Positions 29,918-41,000 of a stretch of 64,000 nucleotides of DNA are shown piece by piece (position 1 is the first letter of the stretch; each line of letters begins with the position of its first letter). The DNA lies in assembly GCA_964494475.1 (NCBI GenBank), contig CAZBRS010000003.1, forward strand, positions 3,035 to 67,034. Reading direction: 5' to 3'. The notes beneath the pieces are model-generated. The model did no database searches and had not been told where the DNA came from. It saw only the letters and a program-made list of their open reading frames with translations. The stretch comes from an uncultured Myxococcales bacterium (GTDB taxonomy: Bacteria > Myxococcota_A > UBA9042 > CAZBRS01). The translations under genes were made by a program, and so were the position numbers.

Positions 29918-31231
29918 TCACCTGAATCGCTCGGGCAACGCTCCGGCCAGGCGGTGCAGCTTCAACCAGCGGCAGGGAACACCGTCTACGATGGCCTCGG
30001 ACTCGTCACCCATGGTCACGGTCAGGAACACCTCGGGACGGTAACCCTCCAGGAAGCTGCGGGCGCCACGGGAGATTCGGCCCGGGAGTGCGTCGGTCTT
30101 CACCTCGATCGCCACGGGGGCGCTGCCCTGCCGCCAGAGCACGAAGTCGATCTCGGCGCCTCCCTTGGTGCGCCAGTAGTGAAGATCGTCGGGCTCGGCG
30201 AGCGTCTTCATCAGCTCGCCGAAGACCAGGTTCTCGAACAGGGCCCCGCGGTCGGCGCGGGCGTCGAGGGCGGCGAAGTCGCCCACCAGGGCGTTGCGCA
30301 CGCCGTTGTCGAGGAAGTAGAGCTTCGGGCTGGCCGTCAACTCCACGCGCTTTCCCCCGGCAAACACGGGAAGCAGCCGGACCACGTGGCACTCCTCGAG
30401 GATCGCGGCCCAGTCGCTCACCGTGCTGACGGCCACCCGCGTGATGCCCGCCCACTCGGTCAGGTTCACGAGATTCCCGATCTGGCCAGCCATGAGTCGC
30501 AAGAGCGTACGAAAGGCGGCCGGCTTGGCCACCTTGAACACATCCGAAGCGTCGCGGAGCACGAAGGCCTCGATCAGCTCCATCAACCGCTGGGGTTCCC
30601 GATCGTGCAAGTACACGCCGGGGTACCCCCCATAGCGCCCCAGGCGGCCCAGGATCGGAGCCGCAAGGGACTCGGCGCGCAGATCATCGGCGACGACGCC
30701 CTCTCGGGCGAGCAGCTCGCGAAGGGACAGGGGGTACAGGCGCAGACGTGACGCGCGACCCGCCAATGACTCGCGAACGCGGGCGCGCAGGTGGTACGAC
30801 GAGCTCCCGGTGACATAGACGCAGAAGCCCGCCTTCAGGTCGATCAGGCCCTTGACGAAGAGGCCAGCGTTGACGAGGTGCTGGGCCTCCTCGATCACGA
30901 TCGCGTCGGGCCGCTCCGGCAGACGATCGAGGTCCGTGGCGAAGGCGGCAGGGGAATGGCACCACTCGGCCATCACCGGATCATCGCCCTGAACCAGGAG
31001 GATCCGGCGATGTCGATCCCTGAGGAGCGACCACAGGAAGGTGCTCTTGCCCGCCTGGCGGGGTCCGATCACCAGCACGGCGCGGGCAGGGTCCGGAGAG
31101 GGGGCCGGGATCGCCGGGAAACGCGGCACGAACGCCAGCGGCACGTGCTCGCTGATCCAGGCCTCCGAAGCGGACGGAGCCTCGATCCAGGGGTTCCAGC
31201 GCGTGACCGCAGCCAGGCGATAGGCGTCCAT
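29918..31231 (-). CDS. COG1373-type AAA+ ATPase (AAA_14 + DUF4143)
   Basis: WNPW, GPRQAGKS, variant Walker B IVIEEAQ, TGSS, ESLAGR, YGGYP, PKLYFLDNG, WRTKGGAEIDF, AIEVK. Confidence 0.9.
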   Translation of the reverse strand: MDAYRLAAVTRWNPWIEAPSASEAWISEHVPLAFVPRFPAIPAPSPDPARAVLVIGPRQAGKSTFLWSLLRDRHRRILLVQGDDPVMAEWCHSPAAFATDLDRLPERPDAIVIEEAQHLVNAGLFVKGLIDLKAGFCVYVTGSSSYHLRARVRESLAGRASRLRLYPLSLRELLAREGVVADDLRAESLAAPILGRLGRYGGYPGVYLHDREPQRLMELIEAFVLRDASDVFKVAKPAAFRTLLRLMAGQIGNLVNLTEWAGITRVAVSTVSDWAAILEECHVVRLLPVFAGGKRVELTASPKLYFLDNGVRNALVGDFAALDARADRGALFENLVFGELMKTLAEPDDLHYWRTKGGAEIDFVLWRQGSAPVAIEVKTDALPGRISRGARSFLEGYRPEVFLTVTMGDESEAIVDGVPCRWLKLHRLAGALPERFR

Positions 31232-31260
31232 GTTTCCACCCCAACGTTGGCCCGTGGACT

Positions 31261-31293
31261 ACGATAACCGTCTTTCCATAGCTTATCAAGCTA
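31261..31293 (-). promoter_or_regulatory. sigma70 promoter with a palindrome over the -35 box
   Basis: TTGATA-N17-TATCGT; TAGCTT-N3-AAGCTA at 31279-31293. Confidence 0.55.
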
Positions 31294-31329
31294 CGAAACG
31301 CAGGTTAGCAGACGGGCTCGCCGGGCCCC

Positions 31330-34300
31330 TCAGACCTGGACGGGCTCGCGCAGGCGCCGCACGCCGAGGCCCAGCAACGCGAGGGCCAGCAAGATCGCGG
31401 CCCACTCGGCCAGCGTGGGGATGTCGGCGGGGTTCTGGCTGACGCCCTGGGGGTCGACGATGACGCCGTTGGCCACGCCGTCGGCGTCGCCCCAGCCCCC
31501 GTCGGTGAGCGTGAGCGTGTACACCGCGTCGCCGTCCTTCAATCCGCCCACGTGGCTGTCGCCCGTGATTTCGCTCCAGTGCGGCACCGGGTCGACCGCC
31601 GTGGGTCCGAACTTCCACAGGCGGTGCGAATTCTTCACCGCTGCGGGCAGCGTCGAGGTCACGGTCACCGTGGCCCCGGGCGTGGCCACGTGGAGGGTGA
31701 GGCCCGCCAGGCCGTAGGGCAACTCGGTGCCCGCCGGAAGCCCAGCCGGCAGCCCGCCCGCCGCGTAGAGTACGGCGTCCTGGAAGTAGGTGCCGGCGCC
31801 GCTCACGGAGAGCGTCCAGGCGCCCCCGGCCGTGGCCAGCGTGCGGCTGGCGTTCGACGCCGGCGCCACGAAGGTGGTGGCCGCCATCTTGCCGCCGCCC
31901 TCCCAGGTGGCCACCACGGTCACCGGTCCCTGGCTCGCCGAGCGCACGTACACCACCGCCTGGCCGTTGGCGTCGGTCGCCAGCACGCCCTCGTTCCCCG
32001 TGGGGTCGACGATCTCGGCCGCGCCGACCGCAGAGAACACCACCGCCAGGCCCGGCACGGGCTGCCCGATCCCGTTCTTCGCCGTGAGCACCGCCAGCCC
32101 CCGCGAGTGCCCGTCGGCCGCCACCGCGGCCGGCACCGCGAGCGTGGCGCTCACGACGCTGCCGCCCCCCACGCACGTCACGCCATCGCCGACGAAGCCG
32201 GGGTCGCACGTGCAGGTGAACGAGCCCACCGGCTCGTTCGCGCATGTAGCGTCGTCGGAGCAGTTGTCGGTGCCGACCGCGCACTCGTCGACGTCCGAGC
32301 AGGTCACGGAGACCTGCCAGAGGCCGTCGGCGGCACATCTGGCGGATCCCCCGGCCCCCGAGAAACCCGATGCGCACACGAGCGCGCAGGTGTCGTCGGT
32401 CATCCAGCCGGTGCACTGCGACACGTTCGCGCCCACGATCGCGGGCGGAGCACCGCAATTGACCGAGGCCGTGCAGGTCTGGCCATCGCCCGAGTACCCC
32501 GTGTCGCACACACAGGCGTCGAGGCCGGCCCCGTTCGGGACGCAGAGCGCCTTCTCGTGGCACGTCGGCGTACCGCTCGTGCAGCCGTCGCAAGCATCTC
32601 CGATGTCGTCGGCGTCGCTGTCGGCCTGGTCCAGGTTGGCCGCGTCGGGGCAGTTGTCGGCGCACGACAACTGGAGGTCACCGTCAGGGTCCTCCTCATC
32701 GGCGGGGAGCCCGCCGTCGCAGTCGTCGTCGTAGCCGTTGCACGCCTCGGCGGCCAGGGGCAACTGCTGGCCCAGGCAGGCGCCGAAGGCGCCGTTCAGG
32801 CAGGTCTTCACGCCGACGTGGCAGATACCCTGGTCCTCGGTGCCCGCGGCGCCCTCGTAGCAGGGCTCCTGGTAGGTGTTGGCGGTATATCGACAAGTAG
32901 GTGGCCGCAGATGGCCTGCGCTCGTAAACACCGTGTCATCGGTGCAGGGGTTCCCGTCGTCCGGGCACGTGGAGTCCAACTGACACGCCGCCAGGAAGAC
33001 GCTGACACTGCTTCCACTCGTATTCGCCGTGGCGAGGTCCGGCCTGCCGTCGCCGTTCAAGTCGCCCGCTGCGACTCCCTGAGCGCCGCCACCCACCCGA
33101 TAGCCGACCCACGGCAGGAACACCCCCCCCCCCGCGTTCACCATCACGTACAGTTGGTGGCTCGATGCCGACGCAACCACCAGATCGAGGTTCCCGTCAC
33201 CCGTGAGGTCGGTAGCGACCACGTCGGCAGGAGACTCGGCGAGTTGGTAGTTCACACCCTCGGCGAACGTACCAACCCCCAGGTTCAAAAGGACGGTGAG
33301 GCGGTTCCCCTGGACATTGGCCACGGCGAGATCTGCGGTCCCGTTCCCGTCGAGATCGGCGGCGGTCACCGCCCACGGTTGCGTGCTGGTCGCGTAGTCC
33401 GACTTCAGGGCAAACGTCCCGTCGCCCTGGTTCAGGAGCACGCTCACCGAGTTGGAGTTCACGTTCGTGACGGCCAGATCGGGTTGGCCATCGCCATCCA
33501 GGTCAGCGGCCACCAGACCTCTCGGGTAACTTCCGGCCGAGTAATCGACCTTGGGCAGGAAAATACCGGCCCCTTGGTTCACGAACACGCTCACCGAGTT
33601 CGACTCCGAGTTCGCCACCGCCAGGTCGATCCGTCCGTCTCCCGAAAAGTCTGCCGCCGCCAGCCCCCGCGGCCCGGGACCCGTCGCGAAGTCGACCTTG
33701 GCCGCGAACGTGCCACTCCCCTGGTTCGCGTAGACGCTCAGGGTATCGTCGTACTCGTTCGTGATCGCGAGGTCCGCCCTTCCGTCCCCCGTGAGATCTA
33801 CTATGACGATGTCTCTGGCTCCCCGTCCGGCGGGGTAGTCGTGCTTCGCGACGAAAGTCCCAACTCCTTCGTTCAGGAGGACGCTCACGGTCTCGCTGGT
33901 CTCGTTCGCCGTGGCGAGATCGATCTTCCCGTCTCCGTTCAGATCGCCGAACGCGAGGCTGGCAGGCCCGACCCCGGTGCCGTAGTCGTTCTCGTTGGCC
34001 CGCAGGTCTCCGGCGCCCTGATTGACCAGTACGGTCACCGAATAGCCATCGGCGTTCACGACTGCCAGATCCGTCCTTCTGTCTCCCGTCAAGTCCGCGA
34101 AGACGAGGCCGCTTGGGCCCAAGCCCGTGGCGTAATCCACTCGCGCCGAGAACGTCCCGCCTCCCTGATTGACGAACACGCTGGCCGAACCTCCCGCGTC
34201 GTTGGCGACCGCTACGTCCAGGAGCCCGTCTTCGTCGAGATCACCCAAGGCAACTCCCGTCGCACGGGACGCCGTCGCGTAATCGACCCGGGATGAGAAC

Positions 34301-35781
34301 ACCCCGCCGCCATGGTTCTCGAAGATGCTGACGGAACTGCTGTTGTAGTTCGCGACGGCCAGGTCGGCCTTCCCGTCTCCCGTGACGTCACCGACGCTGA
34401 TGCTGCGGGGCAGATTGCCCGTCACGTAGTCGACCTTCGTCGCGAACGTCCCGTTGCCCTGGTTCGCGAAGACGCTGACCTTGTTGTCAGCGCTCACTGC
34501 GACAATATCCGGTATCCCGTCCTCCGTGACATCTGCCGCGGCGATGCCCTGCGGGTTGTTCCCTGCCGGGTAGTCGACGGCAGCAGCAAAGGTTCCGTTG
34601 CCTTGGTTCATGAGCACGCTCACCATGTCGTTGCCGGTGCACGCGACCACCAGGTCCCTGCGGCCGTCTCCGTTCATGTCTTGTGCCGCGACACCCGTCG
34701 CGCCGAAGCCGACGACGTAGTCGACCTTGGCCGCGAATGTGCCGCTACCCAGATTCATCAGCACGCTCACGCTCCCCCCGGTAGAATTCGCCACCGCGAG
34801 ATCCCGTCTTCCGTCTCCGTTCAGATCACCCATCGCGACGCTGACGGGTCCCGATCCGGTCACGAAGTCCTTTCGGGCCGAGAGCGTTCCGTCACCCACC
34901 GACAACCAGACCGTGACCCGGTTGGTGGTCTTGCTGGCGACCGCGAGGTCGGCCAGCCCATCTCCGTTCAGATCTCCGGCCGCGGCACCGTAGGGGTTCC
35001 CGCCTACCCCCAGCGAAATGTAATCAGGCTGCCCAGGCAACCCGATCCAGCCGCCGCAGACACACCGGTCGGCGCCCACGGCGGGCGTGCACTCCTCTCC
35101 AACCTCGCACCCCGGAGACCCGCCCGTGCACCCATCGCACGCGTCCCCCAACCCGTCGCCGTCGGCGTCGGCCTGGACCGCATTGGCCACGGCGGGGCAG
35201 TTGTCGGTGGCGTCTGGCGCGCCGTCGCCGTCGGTGTCGAGCACCTCGAAGAAGAAGTTGACGCTGCTTCCAGGCAGGTAGACCACGAAGTCGTTGCCGC
35301 TGTTCGTGGGACCCGTGCAGCGCAGGTAGACCTCGACACGCGCCGGCGCGACATAGACCTGGCCTGCGATCGTCCCGAGGAAGCGATCGTTGTTGCCCGC
35401 CTGCCCGTCCCAGGTCATGGCCACGCTCTCGGAGGTGGCCCAGCCGTCGCGCGTCAGGATCAACGTACAGGCATAGCCGAAGCGCTGCGGATACAACTCG
35501 ACGCGCAGGTCGTGGGCCACGCCGTCGTTGGGGACGGCGTTGGCGACGCCCCCTCCCGTGAGCTTCACGGGCACGTCGGACTGGGTGTCGGCCCGCTTCA
35601 GCGACACGTTGCCGAGCCAGACGATCGAGCCGTCCGGGAAGCCGAAGGTCGCCTCGCTACCCCCGCCCCCGGATTCGGTGTAGGTCTCGGCCCGGGCCGC
35701 CCCCGCGGCCAGCAGGCACGTGATCCCGACCAACGTCGCGAACACCCCGGAGCACCCCGTGAGCTCGAATCGTCGATGCAT
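31330..35781 (-). CDS. Multidomain surface protein: CBM-like N-domain, TSP3, 14 FG-GAP/VCBS repeats, MopE-type, EGF/Sushi-like, Ig (Big_1), choice-of-anchor-U-like domain, IPTL-CTERM sorting signal
   Basis: Signal peptide ending ARA; 14 xDLxGDGxxDLAV repeats; DVDEC...C EGF_CA; LTDGGWGDADG.ANG.IVDP; IPTLAEW + TM + RRLR. Confidence 0.88.
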   Translation of the reverse strand: MHRRFELTGCSGVFATLVGITCLLAAGAARAETYTESGGGGSEATFGFPDGSIVWLGNVSLKRADTQSDVPVKLTGGGVANAVPNDGVAHDLRVELYPQRFGYACTLILTRDGWATSESVAMTWDGQAGNNDRFLGTIAGQVYVAPARVEVYLRCTGPTNSGNDFVVYLPGSSVNFFFEVLDTDGDGAPDATDNCPAVANAVQADADGDGLGDACDGCTGGSPGCEVGEECTPAVGADRCVCGGWIGLPGQPDYISLGVGGNPYGAAAGDLNGDGLADLAVASKTTNRVTVWLSVGDGTLSARKDFVTGSGPVSVAMGDLNGDGRRDLAVANSTGGSVSVLMNLGSGTFAAKVDYVVGFGATGVAAQDMNGDGRRDLVVACTGNDMVSVLMNQGNGTFAAAVDYPAGNNPQGIAAADVTEDGIPDIVAVSADNKVSVFANQGNGTFATKVDYVTGNLPRSISVGDVTGDGKADLAVANYNSSSVSIFENHGGGVFSSRVDYATASRATGVALGDLDEDGLLDVAVANDAGGSASVFVNQGGGTFSARVDYATGLGPSGLVFADLTGDRRTDLAVVNADGYSVTVLVNQGAGDLRANENDYGTGVGPASLAFGDLNGDGKIDLATANETSETVSVLLNEGVGTFVAKHDYPAGRGARDIVIVDLTGDGRADLAITNEYDDTLSVYANQGSGTFAAKVDFATGPGPRGLAAADFSGDGRIDLAVANSESNSVSVFVNQGAGIFLPKVDYSAGSYPRGLVAADLDGDGQPDLAVTNVNSNSVSVLLNQGDGTFALKSDYATSTQPWAVTAADLDGNGTADLAVANVQGNRLTVLLNLGVGTFAEGVNYQLAESPADVVATDLTGDGNLDLVVASASSHQLYVMVNAGGGVFLPWVGYRVGGGAQGVAAGDLNGDGRPDLATANTSGSSVSVFLAACQLDSTCPDDGNPCTDDTVFTSAGHLRPPTCRYTANTYQEPCYEGAAGTEDQGICHVGVKTCLNGAFGACLGQQLPLAAEACNGYDDDCDGGLPADEEDPDGDLQLSCADNCPDAANLDQADSDADDIGDACDGCTSGTPTCHEKALCVPNGAGLDACVCDTGYSGDGQTCTASVNCGAPPAIVGANVSQCTGWMTDDTCALVCASGFSGAGGSARCAADGLWQVSVTCSDVDECAVGTDNCSDDATCANEPVGSFTCTCDPGFVGDGVTCVGGGSVVSATLAVPAAVAADGHSRGLAVLTAKNGIGQPVPGLAVVFSAVGAAEIVDPTGNEGVLATDANGQAVVYVRSASQGPVTVVATWEGGGKMAATTFVAPASNASRTLATAGGAWTLSVSGAGTYFQDAVLYAAGGLPAGLPAGTELPYGLAGLTLHVATPGATVTVTSTLPAAVKNSHRLWKFGPTAVDPVPHWSEITGDSHVGGLKDGDAVYTLTLTDGGWGDADGVANGVIVDPQGVSQNPADIPTLAEWAAILLALALLGLGVRRLREPVQV

Positions 35782-35859
35782 GGCCCCCCCCGATTGCTGG
35801 CACGAATCCTCCCGAGGGATAGCCGAAATATCCGTTGCGGAAAAGGGGGAAACGAAAGG

Positions 35860-38067
35860 TCAGGGCGTCGGCGGTGCCGGGGCTGGCGCGGGTACGGGTT
35901 CCGCCGGTGCCGTGGCCGCAGGGACCGGCTTCGCGTACCCGAGCCACGCGCCCAGATAACCTTGATCGTGCAGCACCCAGGCGGCCGCCCCGAGGACCAC
36001 GAGCACCAGCACGACCAGCGGCCACTTGCGCTTCTTCTCGGCGAAGGTGCGGTCGACGGTGCGCTCGCTGCCGGGGGGCAACCGCCCGCAGGTGGTGAGG
36101 GCGGCGCCGAAGGGCGTGTTGATGCGCGCCAGGGCGTTCACGGCCCAGCCGCTCGCGTCGAGCAGGGGCCCGATGTTGCGCTTGCGCAGCTTGAGCCAGG
36201 CGATCAGCATCGAGGGGCCCGAGATCAACAGGATGAGCCCCAGCACGCCCAGGGGCATCCAGAAGCCGAGCCCGAAGAACGCCCCTAGCAAGGCCCCCAG
36301 GGCGGCCGTGATGCCACCCACGGCCACGCCGATGGCGGCCACGGTGCCGATGTCGATCTTCTTGGGCGCGGCCGGGGGCTTGGCCTGATCGGCCGACGCG
36401 GTGGCCTCGGCCGCCGAGGCCATCTTCTGGTCGGACGCGGCGTCGGCGGCGGCCGCCCGCTTGGCGATCATGTCCTCGACCAGGCGCAGGAACTTCTTGT
36501 AGGGCGAAAAGAACGCCTGCCGCAGGCTGATGGGGTTCTCGACGATCTTCGTGACCGTGGCGTCCCAGTCCTGGCCCTTGCGGTCGTAGAACACGCCGTT
36601 GCGGCCGACCATTAGGTTGTCGCTGTCGCCGTTGGTCATGGCCGCCACGACGCTCATCTTCTGGCCGCCCGGCCGCGTGCAGTCGCAGTAGACCAGGTAC
36701 ATCTTCGAGTGCCCGGCCAGCAGCGCGTGCTTGCCGGGGTCGGTGACCTTGAGGCACAGGTCGCATGCGCGCCCGTCGAGGAAGAGCGTGCCGGCCTGGA
36801 ACACGGCCTTCTGCCGGGCATAGAAGTCGGTGAAGGCCACCGTGTTCCGGAGCAGCGTGTGCAGGTCGTGCACGTAGCGCGCCACCCTCTCGACATCGAC
36901 GATGGCCGCGACGTCGGGGGCCACGGCCGCGTCGGCCGCGATGGCCTCGGTCAGCCCCGCGCGGGCGTCGGACGCCGCGAGCTCGGCCAGGCGGGCCGCG
37001 CCCAGCTTCTCGACCTCGGCGCCCGCCTTCGCGGCCTGCCAGGCCTGGTAGGCCGCCACCTTGGCCTTGACGTCGCTCCACTCGACGGCCGAGAGCATCG
37101 CCTTGCCCTTGCCGAGGATGGGCTCGATCGCGGCCTCGCGGAACGACGCCATCGCGTCGGCCCAGGCCGGGTTCAGGCCGGTGGTCAGGGGCAACGGCCG
37201 ATCGGGCTCGACCCGCGCCAGGGGGAAGGCCGCGATGCCCGCCGCGCCCGGCGCCAACTCCTGTCCCGCCAGCGCCTTCCAGTCGTCCTCGTGGCGGTTC
37301 ATGGCCCCCAGGGCCCGCGGGTCGAAGGCCGCCAGCCGAACGCGCGTGAAGTAGTCGTCGACCTTGGCCGCGACCTTCTGCACCGCCTCGGCGGCGGCGG
37401 CCGTACGGTCGCCGAGGGCCAGGATGGTCGGATCCGACGCCGGCTTTCCGGCCCACTCCCGGTGCGCGGCGCAGAGCTCGAAGAAGCGGTCGAGGGCCGC
37501 CTGGCCGACCCCGAGCAGGCCGTCGAGGCCGGGCTCGCCGCCGAGGCACGCCACGACATCGGCCGCCAGGGCCTTCCGGGCGGGGTCGTCCTGCGCCTCG
37601 GGCGGCTGGAGGCCGTCGCCGTTCAGGCGCTCGGCGGCCAGCGCTTTACCGGCCGCGACGGCGTCGTCGACGCCGAACGCCCCGGCGTCGGCCTTGCCGA
37701 GGCCTGCCAGCATCCGCCGCGCCGAGGCGAGCACCTTCGCGCCGTCCGGCGAGTCCGGGTCGATCCACGAGAGCGGCACCTCGAGCGCGCCGCGCACGAG
37801 CACGTCGGGATCCTTCACCACGCCGCACGTCCAGCGCGCCGCCGCGAGCAACTCCGGCGCGCGGATGCGGCCGTCGCCGTCGGCGTCGAGCAGCTCCAGG
37901 GTGCGCTCGTCGAACTCGAGCCCCTTGGCGGGGCACGCCAGGGCCACCCAGGTCTTCAGGTCGAGGCTCCCGAGGTTCGCGAGGTCGGCGCCCCGCGTGA
38001 GCAACACCTGATCGACGTTGCCCGCCCGCACGAAGCGCCACCTGTGGTTCTCGCCGTCGTTCGCCAT
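35860..38067 (-). CDS. Conserved hypothetical protein with an N-terminal EF-hand-like loop and C-terminal TM helices
   Basis: WVALACPAKGLEFD..LDADGDGRIRAPE; GRNGVFYDRKGQDWDA; three hydrophobic segments near the C-terminus; native codon bias; GGAGG RBS. Confidence 0.8.
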   Translation of the reverse strand: MANDGENHRWRFVRAGNVDQVLLTRGADLANLGSLDLKTWVALACPAKGLEFDERTLELLDADGDGRIRAPELLAAARWTCGVVKDPDVLVRGALEVPLSWIDPDSPDGAKVLASARRMLAGLGKADAGAFGVDDAVAAGKALAAERLNGDGLQPPEAQDDPARKALAADVVACLGGEPGLDGLLGVGQAALDRFFELCAAHREWAGKPASDPTILALGDRTAAAAEAVQKVAAKVDDYFTRVRLAAFDPRALGAMNRHEDDWKALAGQELAPGAAGIAAFPLARVEPDRPLPLTTGLNPAWADAMASFREAAIEPILGKGKAMLSAVEWSDVKAKVAAYQAWQAAKAGAEVEKLGAARLAELAASDARAGLTEAIAADAAVAPDVAAIVDVERVARYVHDLHTLLRNTVAFTDFYARQKAVFQAGTLFLDGRACDLCLKVTDPGKHALLAGHSKMYLVYCDCTRPGGQKMSVVAAMTNGDSDNLMVGRNGVFYDRKGQDWDATVTKIVENPISLRQAFFSPYKKFLRLVEDMIAKRAAAADAASDQKMASAAEATASADQAKPPAAPKKIDIGTVAAIGVAVGGITAALGALLGAFFGLGFWMPLGVLGLILLISGPSMLIAWLKLRKRNIGPLLDASGWAVNALARINTPFGAALTTCGRLPPGSERTVDRTFAEKKRKWPLVVLVLVVLGAAAWVLHDQGYLGAWLGYAKPVPAATAPAEPVPAPAPAPPTP

Positions 38068-38077
38068 TCGGGCCTCC

Positions 38078-41000
38078 TCAGGGTTCGTAGAACCGCAGCT
38101 CGATCCTGCGGTTGCGCGCCCGGGCCTCGTCGGTCGAGCCCGGGTCGAGCGGTTGTTCGTTGCCCCGGCCCACCACGGAGGTGCGCGCCGGGGGGATGCC
38201 GCGGGCCGCCAGGAAGGCCCGGGCGGCGTTGGCTCGCAGCAGGGAGACGCGCCGGTTGCCGGTCGGGGTGCCCTGGTCGTCGGAGTGCCCGACGATCTCG
38301 ACCTTCACGCCGGGCAGCATCGTCAACAAGGCGGCGGCAGCGCGCAGGCGACCCTCGCCCTCGACCGGCAGCCGCGAGGCGTTGGCCGGATACGTGAACC
38401 CCCCGAGCCGCGCGACCAGCCCCTGCAGCGCCACCGGAGCTTCGTCGGGGCGACCGTCGCCGTCGTCGAAGCCATTCGACGTCTCGGGCTCCAGCGGCGC
38501 GGCGTCGGCGACGTCGGGCACGCCGTCGGCGTCGTTGTCAGGGTCGGGGCAACCGTCGTCATCGACGAAGCCGTCGCGATCCTCGGGCTGCTCGAGGCAC
38601 AGATCGTAGGGGTTCAGCACGCCGTCGGCGTCGCGATCTCCCCGCTCCTTCCGGGCGCGCAGGCCCCAGGTGTCGGGGGGGGGCGCGGGCGGCGGCGGTC
38701 CGCCGAAGCGCGTCGACCAGAACACGCCGAGGCCGCCCTCGGCCGCGTCGCCGAACACCGTGTTCAGCGCCCAGTGGGGCGAGAGCTGGTACTCGACGCG
38801 CCCCTCGCGCTCGTTCTGGTCGGGCGGCGCGTTCACGCGGTAGGTGGTCTCGAGGTACAGCGTGCGCGTCACCTGCTTGCCCACCGTGACGATGGGCTGG
38901 CTCACCGACGAGCCGAAGCCCAGGCCCACCTTGTCGACCCCCAGGCGGTCGAAGAGTTGGCGCTTGAGGCCCGGGTTGTGGAAGCGGTTGACCAGGGCCG
39001 CGGCCTCGCGCCGGACCTCGCCGTTGCGATCGTCGACCACGTCGAGGCGCCCCAGGATGAGGAGCGTGAGGATCTGGTACTCGGGCAGCGGCGGCACGGA
39101 CACCATGACCAGCGAGGGGCGGGCGGCCGGCCCCTGCACCTTCAGGAGCACGTGGGTGTCCTGCGCCAGCCCGCGCGTGACCAGGTTCATGACGGCCTCG
39201 CCCGGCAGCGCCTTGGGGGCCGCGTCGGGCGCTCCGTCCGGTCCGGCTTCGGCCGTGCGCCCAAGGTGCCCCTCGGCCAGGGTGAACTGCCCGCCGCGCA
39301 CGTCGAAGCGATGGCCGAACATCGTCAGGTTGCCGCCCGGTTGCACGTCGAGCCCGCCGTCGACCCGCACGACCGGGCCCAGCCGTTCCAGCGCGAACCG
39401 CCCGTCCAGCGTGAGCTCGCTGCCCTCGCCGTGCACGCGCATGGGGTCGGCCAAGGCGACGTCGAGGGCGAAGCGATCGACGGAGGCCGCCCCTCCGCGC
39501 TCGGAGGCGCCGCGCATCCAGTCGACGAACCGCACGCCGGCGTTGGTCGGGATGGCCGACGCCCGCGGGACACGCTCGCTGGTGAGCTGCGCGTCGACGC
39601 CGCCGAGCGTCAGGCTCACGCCCAGATCCCCCGGGCCGGCCTTCACGACGGCGTCGAGCGTGGCGTCGACCAGGCCGATGGGCACGTCGGGCTGCACCAC
39701 GGGGAAGCGCGCCAGCGCCGCGTGCGCCGAGGCGTCGAGCTTCCAGGCACTCCACAGCCCGGCGTCGGCGGCCGCACCCACGGGCGTGACCACCAGGCGA
39801 GCGGTACCCTTGGCGGTCAGCTTCCCCTGGTCGCTCGTGCCCTCGAAGGCCTCGAGGTCGAGGCGATCGCCGACGAACGCGGCCTTCACCTGCAGGTCGG
39901 CGATCCGCCGGTTCATGGGGATCAGCGTGAGGCTGGCCGCCTTCGAGTCCACGCGCCCGTTCAAGGTCGGCGCGCCCAGCGTTCCGCCCACGGCGATCGC
40001 GCCCGTCAGCGAGCCCGCGGGCGCGGCCACGATCGACGGAAGGAACGGCCCCACGAGCGGCAGGGGCAGGTCGAGCGCCAGCCGCCCCGAGAGCGGCGCC
40101 GGAGCGAGCGACGCGTGGCTGCGCCGCGCGGCCACCAGGTTCGCGCGCGCCTCGATCTCCAACGTCGCGAGCCCCTCGCCCAGCGCCGCCGTGAGCGACT
40201 GCTTCGACGACGTGGCCTCGATCGTCGCCCGCACCGGAACGGGGGCCGCGCCGCCCGAGGTCAGGTTGCCCGCCAGCGCCGCCGACAGCTTCAAGGCGTC
40301 GAGGCTGCCCTCGCCCGTGGCGTCGACGTCGACCACGAAGTCGACCCCGCCGGGCGCGCGCCACCAGGGCCGCGCGCGCTCGGCCGTGAGGCCATGCGCG
40401 GCCAGCCCCAGGCGGTGAGGCCCGGCGTCGAGCCAACGCACGTCACGCGCGCGCAGATCGAGCGCCAGCGGGACCCGCAGGTCGAGGGTCGCGGTGGGCG
40501 ACGCGGCGGCGCCGAGGCGCAGGGCCAGGTCGGCGCGCTCGTCGGCCAGCGCCAGCCTGGCGTCGACCTCTCCCACCACCTCGCCGCGCCAGGTCACGTC
40601 GCGCCCGCGCAGGGTCAAGTCCACCTTCGGACGTTCGGCCGCGCCCGCCAGCGTGGCGTCGAGATCGGCCGCGCCACCCAGGGCCAGCGCGGGCCACGTC
40701 GCGGCCAGCCACGCCAGATCGAGCCCACGGGCCTCCAATCGCCCTTCGAGGCCGCCCGAACCCCACACCAGGGCGCCCGTCTTCGCGTCGACGTCGACCG
40801 CCAGGATCAACGTGGCCGTGACGCGCCCCAGGGGGCCCTCGAGCGTGACCTCCACCGTCGACGGCGAGCCCTGGTAGGGGGTCCACACGCGCAACTGGAG
40901 CGCCCCGAGGGCGTGCCCGTCGAAGGCCACCTCGTCGACGCGCACGTCGACGACGCGCGCCACCGCTGCCGCATCGGCGGCCGCGACCACGCGCACCCGG

